Of a DNA stretch of 20,000 nucleotides, positions 7,496 through 18,479 are shown piece after piece. Every line of letters begins with the position of its first letter. The stretch's first letter is position 1. The notes under the pieces are model-generated. The model searched no databases and was not told the DNA's origin. It saw only the letters and a list, made by a program, of their open reading frames with translations. Position numbers and translations under genes: made by a program. Source of the stretch: Lama guanicoe (Eukaryota); assembly GCA_013239625.1 (NCBI GenBank), contig MU053487.1:491492-511491 (forward strand), given 5' to 3'.

Positions 7496-9389
7496 GCCTT
7501 ATTTACCTTATAATTAAAAGTTTGTGCCCTTTACCTCCCTTTTGCCCCACCTTCCCTGGAAATCATCATTCTGTTCTCTGTTTCTGAGCTCAACTCCTTT
7601 TTTTTTTTTCTTTTTAAATTTTTTAGATTCCACATGTAAGTGGTACCATGCAGTATTTGTCTTTCTCCGGCTTATTTCACTTAGCATAATGCCTTTCATT
7701 TTCATCTATGTTAGAGCAAGTGGCAGGATTACATTCTTTCTTATGGCTATTATATATTATACATAATAAAATGTTATCGATAGATATTTTATAGAACATT
7801 TTCTTTATCTATTCATCCATCAGCAGACACTTAGGTTGTTTCTGTGCCTTGATTATTGTGAATAATTCTGCAACAAACATGGGAGTGCAGACATCTCTTT
7901 GAGATGATTATTTCAACTGCTGTGAATATATCCCCAGAAGTAGGATTGCTGAATCAGATGGTAGTTCCATTTTCAGTTTCTTGAGGAACTTCCACATTGT
8001 TTTCCAACGTGTCTGTACAAGTTTACATTCCCATCAACAGTGTACAAGTTCTTTTGTGTTCACATCCTCACCAGCCTTTATCTCTCGGCTTTTGGATAAT
8101 GTCCATTCTAACTGCTGTGAGGTGGTATCTCATTTTTTGAGATGGTTTTGAGGTGGTTTTGATTTGCATTTCCCTGAAGATGAGTGAGCATATTTTCAGG
8201 TCCCTGTTGGCCATTGTATGTCTTCTTTAGAAAAATGTCTACTGATGTCCTTTGCCCATTTTTAAACTGTTTTTGTTTTTATGCTATTGAGTTATATGAG
8301 CTCCTTATATATTTTGGATATTAACCCTTTATTGGATAAGTAGTTTGCAAATATTTTCTCTCACTCCATAGGCTGGCTTTTCATTTTGTTGATGGTTTCC
8401 TTTACTATGCAGAAGTTTTCAGTTTGGTGTAGCCCCACTTAATTTTATTTGCTTTTTTGCCTTTGCTTTTGGTTTTAAATTCAAAAAATCGTTGTAAGAC
8501 CAAGGTTAAGGAGCTTACTCCCCGTGTTTTACTCTAGCAGTTTTACAGTTTCAGGTCTTACATTAATCCATTTTGAGTTCATATTTGTGTATAGCATAGG
8601 ACAGGTATTCGGTTTCATTCTTTTGCATGTGGACACACAGTTTTCCCAACATCATCTACTCAAGAGACTGTTTTTTCTCTATTGTATATTCTTGGCTCCT
8701 TTGTCATAGATTAATTGACCATACACACATGGGTTTATTTCTGGGCTCTGTTCTGTTCCACTGATCTGTGTCTGTTTTTACGCCAATATTATTTTAATTA
8801 CTATAGCTTTGCAATAGAGTTTGAAATTAGGAAAGTGTTATAGTTCCAGCTTTGTTCTTCTTTCTCAAGACTGCTTGGCTACTCAGGATCTTTTGTGGTT
8901 CCACACAAATTTTAGGATTTTCTATTTCTGTGGAAAATGCCCTTCAAATTTTGATAGGGACTGCATTGAATCTGTAGCTCACTTTGGGCAGTATGGACAT
9001 TTCAACAATATTATTTCTTCCAACCCATGAACATCAACTATCTTTCCATTTATTTGTCTTCCTAAGTTTCTTTAATCAATGTTTTATACTTTTTTGTGTA
9101 CAGATATTTCATCTCCTTTATTAAATTTATTTTCTGAGTATTTTTGATGCTATTGTAAATGGAACTGTTTCCTTTACCCATAGTTCATTGTTAGTGTATA
9201 GAAATGCAACTGATTTTTATCTGTTGATTTTGTATTTTTACAACTTCAATGAATTCATCCATCTTTCACTCTTAAAGCCAGTTACAAGCAAGATTAAGCC
9301 TTTGAACTCTCTTCCTAAGCCTACTGGAAGGACACAAACATACAGTACATACGATGTACTGTGTACACCTGTTTTATATGTATATTATT

Positions 9390-9487
9390 AAAGCCTAAGC
9401 ACCAGATATTCCGATCCATGTACTAATTGGGTCCAACTCTACTTAGCTTCTGAGATTAGGTACATTCAGGATGGTATGGCCGTAGAC
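9390..9487 (-). pseudogene. 5S rRNA retropseudogene
   Basis: The reverse complement GTCTACGGCCATACCATCCTGAATGTACCTAATCTCAGAAGCTAAGTAGAGTTGGACCCAATTAGTACATGGATCGGAATATCTGGTGCTTAGGCTTT aligns end to end with mammalian 5S rRNA, with deletions of 10, 12 and 1 nt and CpG decay. Confidence 0.95.
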
Positions 9488-9509
9488 ACATCAGTTTAAT
9501 TTGGATGTT

Positions 9510-9945
9510 AAAAATATGTACACATACCAAAAGACAAATGACAAAATAGTAATGCAAAATATAAGAAAAGAATGATTTTCTTAAACAAAGAATACTTGTA
9601 AGTGAAAAAAGAAAAAGATGAGTAATCCAACAGAAAACTAGCCAAAGGATAAAAATAAATAGCTAACAGAAAAAAAAAAACACTTAGATTTTTATTTTAC
9701 ATATTAAACATAAAGATTAAAAGCATAATGAGATGCTAGTTTTCATCTAACAGGTTAATAAATATTAAAAAATAGGATAAAATTTAGTGTTAGTGATGGT
9801 GTGAAGAAACTCTCACAAACTGTTAGTGGAGATAAGCATTAATGTAAAATTCTGGAAAGTAATTTACATATAGTAACACACATCCAAATTTAAAATGCAC
9901 ATACTCTGTAATCCAGTAATTTCATCGGTAAAAATTTAGGAATGT
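9510..9945 (+). mobile_element. Ancient L1 (L1ME-like) ORF2 3' fragment
   Basis: A-rich. aaaagacaaatgacaaa...gccaaaggata...ataatgagatgctagttttcatcta...gtgttagtgatggtgtgaagaaac...aaatgcacatactctgtaatccagtaatttca follows the L1 ORF2 end. Confidence 0.7.
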
Positions 9946-10176
9946 CTTCCAATTATTTTTTGTTTACATACTATTTTGGATGCATTTATTTGTAGGTAAC
10001 AGAAAATCCAACTTAAACAGGTTCAAACAACAATGGATATTTCCTAGACCATGGACCTAGATCCCAGAGACAGGGTGGAATTCAGCTCTGGTTTGATTCA
10101 GCATCTCAGTGATATCATCGTCAACTCAGTTTCTTTCTAGCTTTCCTCTCTGACTTCTCCCTTGTCAGGAACTTCA

Positions 10177-10177
10177 T

Positions 10178-10232
<55 letters not shown>

Positions 10233-10270
10233 CACACACACATACACACACACACATATATACACATACA
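10177..10270. repeat. Compound microsatellite (TA)n-(CA)n
   Basis: A (TA)n run at about 10177-10227 followed by interrupted (CA)n. Confidence 0.95.
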
Positions 10271-10271
10271 G

Positions 10272-10781
10272 TATAGTGGACATATGCATTCTTAATGGCT
10301 GCATGGCACCTTTGAAATCTTTCCTGGGGTGGAGGGAGGGAGTTCTCCATCTTATGAATTCTTATTGCACCAATGTAGAATTCAGAAAGTTTCCCAGCCT
10401 CTCTTGTAGCTCTTCCAATATGTTCAAATAGTTCTTGGTACGTGAAGATGCAAGAACCATGCAATGACTCTTCAGACAGGGGTGCCAGTACCACCTCCTG
10501 AGGCAGCAGTTGCAGAGGTTTAGGTGGAAGCCCCAAGCACCTAGCACTCTTTGCAAGGAGGGTGGTTGTGCCCAGCGGGGTAATTGTGCCCAGTGGGGAA
10601 GTTGTGCTCAGTGGGGGGGTGTTTTCTCTGGAGTAACAGCATATATTCTGCTATGTGCCCTGTAATTCTCTGGCTTTCCCAGAGATTCTGTGAACTCCTT
10701 GGTATCCTTTAATAAATTCTTTTTCTCCTTAAACTATCCACAGTTCATTTCTATTGTGCACAAGAATAAATTCTGACACAT
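10272..10781 (+). mobile_element. ERVL solo LTR (LTR33/LTR16-like)
   Basis: Starts tatagtggacat, contains tttcccagcctctcttgtagct, and ends tatcctttaataaattctttttctccttaaacta...tttctattg...ctgacaca. Confidence 0.6.
10566..10619 (+). repeat. 18-bp tandem repeat, 3 copies
   Basis: ttgtgcccagcggggtaa / ttgtgcccagtggggaag / ttgtgctcagtggggggg. Confidence 0.9.
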
Positions 10782-11150
10782 AGAAATATGTTTTCTCATC
10801 CACATCTAGGGAAAAAAAAGGTCCCTTTCAGAAATTCTCTCAAAAAGGCAAAGGCATTTCCTTCTCTGAGATCTCTGGCAAATCTCTTTCCTATCTCAAT
10901 AGCCAGAATTGGGGCATTTTTTTTTTTCTGAATTACAGGGGCTCGAGGATGGGATTAGACTAATGATCTGTGGCCTGAGCCCCATCTTAAGCCACACTAA
11001 GGCTTAAGACAGAGGACAAGGGGAAAAAAAGAAAGGACAAAGAGAGAGAGGTGAGGACACCACGCTGAGGCTGAGGATACTTAGAGAAGGGCTAATGGGT
11101 GAAGGTATACAGGAGATAGGAAGTCCTCAATGTCTACCAGTATTGCCTTC

Positions 11151-11286
11151 TTTTTGGGGGGCACAGAGGTAATTAGGTTTATTTGTTAGTTATTATAATT
11201 TTTTAACTTAAAGGAGGTACTGGGGATTGAACCCATGACCTCGTGCATGCTAAGCATGTGCTCTACCCACTGAGCTATATCCTCCC
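11151..11286 (-). mobile_element. tRNA-Ala-derived camelid SINE (Vic-1-like)
   Basis: ggtaattaggtttattt...ggaggtactggggattgaacccatgacctcgtgcatgctaagcatgtgctctacccactgagctatatcctccc is an antisense copy of the 6159 family. Confidence 0.92.
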
Positions 11287-11290
11287 TCTT

Positions 11291-11590
11291 CATCTTCCTT
11301 TGGTATTCATGGAGGGCTGGTTCCAGGACAAAATCCACATATGTTCAAGTCCCTTATATAAAATGGTGTAGTATTACATAAAACCGATGCACATCCTCCC
11401 ATATACTTTAAGTCACCTCTAGATTATTTATAATACCTAATACAATGTAGATGCTATGTGAAAAGTTGCCATCACAGTAATTCAAGTTTTGCTTTTTGGA
11501 AATTTCTGGAATTTTTTTCCCCAAAATATCTTCCATTCGCCACTGGTTGACCCCATAGATGCAGAATCCGCGGATATGGAGGGCCAACCG
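11291..11590 (+). mobile_element. MER2-family (MER2B-like) TcMar-Tigger non-autonomous DNA transposon
   Basis: ggttccaggac...caagtcccttatataaaatgg...tacctaatacaatgta...gcggatatggagggccaaccg, with degenerate terminal inverted repeats at both ends. Confidence 0.88.
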
Positions 11591-11602
11591 CATGCTTCTC
11601 AC

Positions 11603-11812
11603 CAGTGCATCTCACCCTCTACTACTGACATTTTGGGCAGAATACATTTTTGTTGTGGGGGACTGTCTTGTGTACTGTAGCTAACACCTCTGGCCTCTGC
11701 CCACTATATTCCAGAAGGAGGCCCTCATCCCCAAGTTGTGACAACCAAAACTGTCTCCAGACATTGCTTAATGTCCCTTGGGGGCAAAATTACCCAAAGT
11801 TGAGAACCACTG
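11603..11812 (-). mobile_element. MER20 hAT-Charlie DNA transposon
   Basis: Terminal inverted repeats cagtgcatctcacc / gttgagaaccactg. Internal gttgtgacaaccaaaactgtctccagacattgc. Confidence 0.92.
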
Positions 11813-12309
11813 GGTTGGACAAATACCCTGGGGGAAGGTGTGGTGGGTAAGGGCAGTGGAGTCCACTCGCACTCCAAGTTAGGGTGGGGAACTTTGACTA
11901 TCCAGATCTTACAAAGTACAAGAAAGAACTCACTGCTACTGGGGGCTGCAGATCGGAGGGGTTTTTTTGTTTTTTTTGTTTTTGTTTTTTTTAAATGAAA
12001 GGTGCTGCAGGTGGCTGTTGAATCACCATCTCCCAAAGACAAATATAACTTTTCATAGAGAATACAGCCTAACAATAAGGTGGAAAATACGTACTTTCTC
12101 ATCTGCCCTATAATCTGCAAGGCCATACCTCTCACAATGAGGTTAGGATTACACGTAATTCGGAGCGGATTTAACCAACCTATCTTGCTTCCAAATATAT
12201 CTTCTTTGAATCATCCGTGAGTGATATTCCTTTTAATTCTCTTAGCTACTCAAATATTTGGCCAGATTTGAGATTGTTACTTGGAAATTTAATCTTGTTA
12301 GTTTCTTTT

Positions 12310-13520
12310 TTCTGATAGTGGTTGCTGTGTTGATACACAGATATTTTGAGGTACCTAAAAGATATTAAAAACCTGTAATTGCAGCTTTAGTTATTTTTTT
12401 TTTCTGGAGAATGTTATCCTTTAGCATTATGAAGTGTCCTCAATCATATTTAAACCTTTTGGCTTGAATTGTCTGACATTAAGATTATAACCTCTGCATT
12501 TTTATTTTTCCCATTTGCCTGGTTTATCTTTGTCTATTGCTTTCTGTTTATCCTTTATGAATCACTTTGTTTTAGGTGTGTTGCTCGTATTTGCCAGGTG
12601 GTGTAGCAGTTAGCCTTTATTGCATAACAAACTGTAACAAAACTTTGTGGCTTAAAATAAAAGCCATTTATTTAACTCATGATTCTGTGGGTTGGCTGAG
12701 CATTTGTGGTCTAGTCTGACTCAGCTAAACTCTGATGGGCTTGTTCATGTATCTGACATCAGCTGGGGGTTGGCTGGTGGCTGAATGATTTAAAATAGCA
12801 TAATTAGACTACTGCCTGTCTAACAATTAGCAGGATGTTGGCTAGGGCTAGGGGGATGCCTGGGCCGTGTGTCTTTCATAATCCAGAAGGCTAGACTGCA
12901 CATAGGAAGGTCACAGGGTTTCAAGTGCAGCAAGAGGGCACAAGCCCTGATGGCTGAAGTGTCTGCTTGCATCACAACTGCTAATGCCCCACTGGCCCAA
13001 GCAATTCACATCAATCCAGACTTAAGGGGTCGAGAAACAGACTCCAACCCTTGATGGGAAGATCTACAATATCACATTGCAAAGTCATACATGAAGGGAG
13101 AAGAATAATTTATGGCCAATTTTATAATCTATCCATTTGAGTTTTCTTTTCTGATTCCATCTGAAAGTCTTTTTCTTTCAATTGTTGATTTAAACCCAGT
13201 TACATTTATTACCACTGTTATGTTTGATCTCAATTTTGTCATATTCTGTGCTATATTTGTTGAATTTTTTTTATGTTTCTCCCTGTGGTCTGTTTGCTAT
13301 TTTAAATTTTCTTTTGGTTTTAATAAAGTTTGTATTTTTGTTTCAATGGTTACCTCTATAGTAATGCTTTTTTCTTCATTATTTGGTCCCCTTTCTCCTT
13401 CCTTCTGCTATTTGATTTGCTAGCTTTAAATGACATTTGTTGATATCCTTCAAATACTGTCTTTTGACTCTCACCTATTCACCAATCAAGTTTTACTTTA
13501 TTTACTTATTTTACTTTTCC
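12310..13520 (-). mobile_element. Ancient L1 fragment (start of ORF2 region), interrupted by an MLT1 LTR
   Basis: cctttagcattatgaagtgtcc...ttgtctgacattaagatt...catttgcctgg...tttaggtgtgtt resumes after 13135 with ccatctgaaagtctttttctttcaattg...acatttatt. Confidence 0.6.
12602..13135 (-). mobile_element. MaLR LTR (MLT1G/H-like)
   Basis: tgtagcagttagcctttattgcataacaaac...gtggcttaaaataaaagccatttatttaactcatgattctgtgggttggctg...ccactggcccaagcaa...cagactccaacccttgatgggaag. Confidence 0.8.
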
Positions 13521-13524
13521 TTTC

Positions 13525-14170
13525 TGATGTTTGCAATGTACTGTGAAATGGATGCAAAAAGGTAAGGTAGATTAATGGATGGATGGGTTGAGAGATGATC
13601 AGATAGACAGGTGTGTGACAAAGATAGGTATGTGTGATAGTAAAATGTTAATGTTAGAATCTAAGTGGTGGGTGTGTAGGTGTTCACTATAAAATTCTAT
13701 GCTGTATTTGAAATTAAAAAAATTAAAATGTCAGGGGGAAAAAGAACATAGGAGCCAGCCTAAAGATGCTTCCATTGACCAAATCTTGGACAATATAGAG
13801 CACTGAAATAAATAATGATAGCAGTGAATTATAATCTACTGAGTAAAATAAAAATCTATGAGTCTATGCTGCCAGAAATACATATATGAGTGAATAAATA
13901 AATGGGAAATAAAGGAAAACTCCTCCTTACAGAATAATGCCAACTAATAAATATAGGAGAAATGATGGATAAGAAAAATATCATTTTGCAACCATCACAG
14001 CAATAACAGTTTCAGGCAAGACTCACCAAAGGATGCTAAAACTAGTGGAAAAAAGTTAAAGAGGAACAACACATTTACATAGTCTCAAAGCATATTCCCA
14101 CAAATTGTTAGTTACAAAGGGAAAATAGTAATTTTTCTAGGAAGAAAACTTGGTGGACACAATCTTAAAA
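13525..14170 (+). mobile_element. L1MC-like (L1MC4-type) 3'UTR fragment
   Basis: tagaatctaagtggtgggtgtgtaggtgttcactataaaattc...ggagccagcc...cttacagaataatgccaactaataaat...gttacaaagggaaaatagtaa...ggacacaatcttaa. Confidence 0.7.
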
Positions 14171-14489
14171 AAAATCGTGTTTATTATGACTAAATTTTGT
14201 TATCTGCCTATGAAGGTATACATTATGATTTTATTTCCTTACATGCTCAGTATTTTGTTTTCGTTAAGAGTGTCACTGTCTTTCTTTTGTTCTTCTTTGT
14301 AATAGTTCTTACTTTTTAAATGAAAACTCCATCATATAGGTACTGTATCTAATCCCTCCAATCTTTTTTCTCTCTGGGACCGTCCTTCTGCAGCCCTTCA
14401 TCTCCCAGTTTTAATCTGGGCTGCTGCTCTGCTACGCAACTACCATTTTAGGACTTCTCTGCTTTCCTTGACCCTCTCCTATGAGCCAT

Positions 14490-14625
14490 TCCTGAACTAT
14501 CCTCCATGAGGGCAGAATCAGCACCTCTGTAAAAATATACAATAGATTGATACATTGGTTACAGAATCTCTTGATTCAAATTTTGCTTGGCACACAGTGG
14601 GAGCTGAAGAAATACTTGCTTAATA
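14490..14625 (+). mobile_element. L2 3' end fragment
   Basis: ctccatgagggcagaa...gcttggcacacagtgggagctgaagaaatacttgcttaataa. Confidence 0.55.
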
Positions 14626-16162
14626 ACTTAGGACAGTCATCCAAATGTTGTGATACTTTGTACCGAAGCTTACAGGGTTTGGTTTTCAATACATGATCAA
14701 TTTCAGTAAAGATCAATGAAATTACATGTGTTTTGGGGATATGCATAATTTTTTATGGAAACTCAAGTGTGTTTAATATGAAGAAATGCTCATAACCATC
14801 TACTTTCTGCTTCCTGAATCTGAAACAGAGAACTAATGTATGCCTGAGGGAACAGATTGAAGAAACCTTCTTACATAGCTCTAAGAAGCAAATTAACAAC
14901 AGTCAAGGTTAGAGGGTGAGGGTGCTCCCCTTCAACTTTAGATACTATTTAAACAGATACTGGATTTTAGTGCAAATAGGAGAAACATGCTCTCAAGGTC
15001 GAGATGTGCACAAGATAATTTCTAGCTGTCCAGAGTTATTTATTTCTACTCTACAAAGCAATTCTTTCAAAAGAATGCTGATATTTATTTTCAGAAGTTA
15101 TCTTACCCAAGTAAAACAGTGCTCATCTAAGGGGATACTGGTTGCAAAGGACAGTAGTTATTTAAATAGCTGTGAATGGTATTAGAGAACTGGCAATTGA
15201 TAGAAATATGATTATTGGTACATGGGGGATGAGAATGGGCTTGCATAGGGAGTAATTCTAAATAAAAAGCTTAATAGTTTCCTTATTTCTCTTTAAAAAT
15301 TTTGATGCCATGTGAATAAAATTTACACACCCATATGTGAAAGACAGGTAATTTTCTTTTTTGCACTTTCATTTTTTAAAAATTAAAATATACAAATAGA
15401 CTAAGGAGACAATTAATTCTCTATTACATGTTGCAAAAAACCCTGCCCCACACCATTCCCCTTTCCATTCTACACTTGTGTCTTCCAGGTGATGTAGGGC
15501 ACTGTCCTGAGGGTTACTGATTTCATCAAGTCTATCTGAACGCTTCTACACCACGCCTCCTTCCCACCAGGTCCTCCTCCTTGCCCCCCAACACCCTTAA
15601 GTTTACCCTGAGAGTGTGGAGTAAGGAAGTGAGGACACCTCATTTACCTTTCATCCTTCACTTTCTGTCTTAAACTCTTCCTCTCTGCATCCAAAGGGCT
15701 TTCTCTTTCTTGCATTGCAGGGACTTTTCTCACATCAAATCCTTGTCCTATTTACTCTCTCATTTACTGAAAAAACTCTCTGTTGCAGTCTTCTGGGCTT
15801 GTCTTTTATAAGCTTCCTTTCTCATCAACAAAGCTTGGCTCCTCCAAAAATCACAAGTGCTTGCTTTCAGGCCACTGTTTCAACATAGACTTGAAAAACA
15901 ATATTTTGAAACTCAAAGCTGTTTTCAGCAGAATTCTGTCCATTCAAAGAGGATTATTTCCATTGGTTCAATCAGTGGGGATAAGGATGGGCCCACCAGA
16001 ACTAGGGATTATCAGGGAAGGAAGTCTATTGATTTAATATTCTCCAAAATGTTACACTAAGGATACACTCTAAGGATTTATTTTATGGAGTTTCATTACA
16101 CAGTTACCATAAGCAAGTTTGGACACGTGAAACTTATCTTTGGAAAGCGTCACTAGGGCTCC

Positions 16163-16347
16163 ACCCCCCTCCCCTTTTTTAAAAAATTGAAGTATAGTCA
16201 GTTTACAATGTTGTGCCAATTTCTGGTGTACAACATAATAGTTCATACTTATATATACATATATTCATTTTCATATTCTTTTTCATTATAGTTACCACAA
16301 GATATTGAATATAGTTTCCTGTGCTCAACAGTAGATACTTGTTGTTA
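16163..16347 (-). mobile_element. Short 5'-truncated L1 3' end
   Basis: Same family as 708-890. TSD actagggctcc at 16152-16162 and 16348-16358. Confidence 0.9.
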
Positions 16348-16694
16348 ACTAGGGCTCCCTAACATCCAGTTCTCCCTTCGCTCCTGGACACATAGAAGAC
16401 CTCCCTTCCCAGTCCCTGTGCAGTCTGATGAGCCAGGTGAGAAGTTCTAGCCAGTGAAATGTGATGGAAGTGAGAGAGCTGAGGCAGGGAAATTTGCTTT
16501 ATGGGGCTACAGATTCCCTTCTCCTCTCTGAAAGTGGAGTCTCATTGTTGAGATGGGTGAGCTACAAGATCAAACTAGTCTGAACAATGGAGACACTGCT
16601 TGGAGGACAGCTACCCTGGACAGGTTCCTGTCCCACAGAAGATTTTACATGAGCCAGGAACAAATGTTCATTATGTTAAGATGATGAGATTTTT

Positions 16695-17602
16695 TTTAAC
16701 ATTTTTATTGATTTATAATCATTTTACAATGTTGTGTCAAATTCCAGTGTTCGGCACAATTTTTCAGTCATTCATGGACATATACACACTCATTGTCACA
16801 TTTTTTTCTCTGTGAGTTATCATAACATTTTGTGTATATTTCCCTGTGCTATACAGTGTAATCTTGTTTATCTATTCTACAATTTTGAAATCCCAGTCTA
16901 TCCCTTCCCACCCTCTACCCCCCTGGTAACCACAAGTCTGTATTCTCTGTCCATGAGTCTATTTCTGTCCTGTATTTATGTTTTGTTTTTGTTTGTTTGT
17001 TTTTGTTTTTTAGATTCCACATATGAGCAATCTCATATGGTATTTTTCTTTCTCTTTCTGGCTTACTTCACTTAGAATGACATTCTCTAGGAGCATCCAT
17101 GTTGCTGCAAATGGCATTATGTTGTCAGTTTTTATGGCTGAGTAGTATTCCATTGTATAAATATACCACATCTTCTTTATCCAGTCACCTGTTGATGGAC
17201 ATTTAGGCTGTTTCCATGTTTTGGCTATTGTAAATAGTGCTGCTATGAACATTGGGGTGCAGGTGTCATCCTGAAGTAGATTTCCTTCTGGATACAAGCC
17301 CAGGAGTGGGATTCCTGGGTCATATGGTAAGTCTATTCCTAGTCTTTTGAGGAATCTCCACACTGTTTTCCACAGTGGCTGCACCAAACTGCATTCCCAC
17401 CAGCAGTGTAGGAGGGTTCCCCTTTCTCCACAGCCTCTCCAGCATTTGTCATTTGTGGATTTTTGAATGACGGCCATTCTGACTGGTGTGAGGTGATACC
17501 TCATTGTAGTTTTGATTTGCATTTCTCTGATAATTAGTGATATTGAGCATTTTTTCATGTGCTTTTTGATCATTTGTATGTCTTCCTTGGAGAATTGCTT
17601 GT
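16695..17602 (-). mobile_element. Young 5'-truncated L1 (about 0.9 kb)
   Basis: Complete 3'UTR plus an uninterrupted ORF2 C-terminus. Perfect 15-bp TSD gatgatgagattttt at 16680-16694 and 17603-17617. Confidence 0.96.
17010..17573 (-). pseudogene. L1 ORF2p C-terminal fragment (187 aa open) with CCHC motif; not a host gene
   Basis: [30 protein letters not shown]...[18 protein letters not shown]...[18 protein letters not shown] are canonical L1 ORF2 C-terminal motifs. Confidence 0.95.
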
Positions 17603-17754
17603 GATGATGAGATTTTTGAATTGTTTATTATCAGAGTATGAGCTAGTGTATCTTGATATACACCTTACCTGCCTTCTTTGGCCACTGGCCTAATGCCTAA
17701 TTAATGAAGGTAACTGTAATTGAGGGGAAAGTGTGTTATTTTTATAGTAGGAAT

Positions 17755-17786
17755 CTTTTCTTCTTCTTCTTCTTCTTTTTTTTTTT
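17755..17786. repeat. (CTT)n-poly-T microsatellite
   Basis: cttttcttcttcttcttcttcttttttttttt. Confidence 0.85.
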
Positions 17787-17800
17787 GCAAGCATTGAAAC

Positions 17801-18235
17801 TCATTTACTCATTCAAAAATATTTACTGAGTTGCCTACCAAGTGCCAAGTGCTGGAGATGTAACAGTACACAAAACAAACACAACTTTTGCCCTTAGGAG
17901 CTCATATTCTAGTGGAGAAGTCAGAGTAAAATTGAATCAACTAACAAAATACTTTCTAGTTAGGGTAAGTGTTACAAAGCAAATAAACAATGGCTGAGTT
18001 AGACAGGAACAAGGTGTGGAATCTACTTCAGAGGGCATGATGGGGAGGAGATTTTTTTTTTTATCTCAGGTATGAAGAGAGGGGTAAAGTATTTCAGGTC
18101 ATACGAGGAAAGAAAGATCTTAGTGAGTTAGAGAAACTGAAATATGACCAAGGTGACTAAGTGGTAATAAATGAGGAACAAGCGGCAAAATATAAAGTTG
18201 AAGAGATTATACAGAGATAGATCATGTTCCATAAG
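17801..18235 (-). mobile_element. L2 3' end
   Basis: tcatttactcattcaaaaatatttactgagttgcctaccaagtgccaagtgctggagat...gcccttaggagctcatattctagtggaga. Confidence 0.8.
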
Positions 18236-18479
18236 ATAAGATTACCTTAATCTGCCCTTGATCAGTGCCACATGGTTAACCACATCTATGTTCGTTTCCT
18301 TCTTCCCTCTATCTGCCTCAACAAGTGACACATCCCTCATCTTTCTGATAGTTCATCCCTCCCCTTTTACCCTCCCTGCTCTGGGTACCCGTTCCTTTCC
18401 TCTTTCATGCAGTTGGCTCCTTTGGTTATTCTCAGCTCTTTAGAAATCTTCATTCTCTCCCCAAGGGATCAGTCTTCTG

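Larger units (their letters stand above)
6790..9262 (-). mobile_element. Older L1 (L1MA-like) 3'UTR plus degenerate ORF2 3' half, hosting two younger L1 insertions
   Basis: Antisense L1 from the 3' terminus (cagctttactgaaatataatgacaaataaaattgta) through tagattccacatgtaagtg, gtggttttgatttgcatttccctga, to ttgttagtgtatagaaatgcaactgatttt. Many stops and indels. Confidence 0.9.
9965..11140 (-). mobile_element. Old MaLR LTR (MLT1J/K-like), split by a microsatellite and an ERVL LTR
   Basis: The left piece (gtaacagaaaatccaacttaaacagg...ggtttgattcagcatctcagtgatatcatc) and right piece (tcctatctcaatagccagaattggggca...atgggatta...aatgtctacca) resemble antisense MLT1J/K. Confidence 0.55.
16130..17660 (+). 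mobile_element. Old MaLR LTR (MLT1I/J-like) split by two L1 insertions
   Basis: cttcccagtccctgtgcagt...gttctagccagtgaaatgtgatggaagtga...atgagccaggaacaaatgttcattatgttaag [L1] gagatttttgaattgtttattatcag...cttgatataca. Confidence 0.65.

Noticed and set aside
9342..9362. Hairpin acagtacat-acg-atgtactgt
   Set aside because: A 9-bp stem in AT/purine-pyrimidine-alternating sequence is plausible by chance in 20 kb and is too short for a pre-miRNA.
9390..9487. Functional 5S rRNA gene
   Set aside because: Solitary, 23 nt shorter than 5S, CpG-decayed, with the box C region disrupted.
10162..10536. ORFs with YI/HT/CV repeats
   Set aside because: They are read-through of the (TA)n(CA)n microsatellite.
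10566..10619. CRISPR-like or prokaryotic array
   Set aside because: Head-to-tail tandem units with no spacers, in clearly mammalian DNA.
11725..12135. 136-aa minus-strand ORF, or a retrocopy ending at the T-rich tract 11962-11992
   Set aside because: Non-ATG start, runs through a low-complexity tract into MER20, and resembles no protein I know. I found no poly-A signal or TSD.
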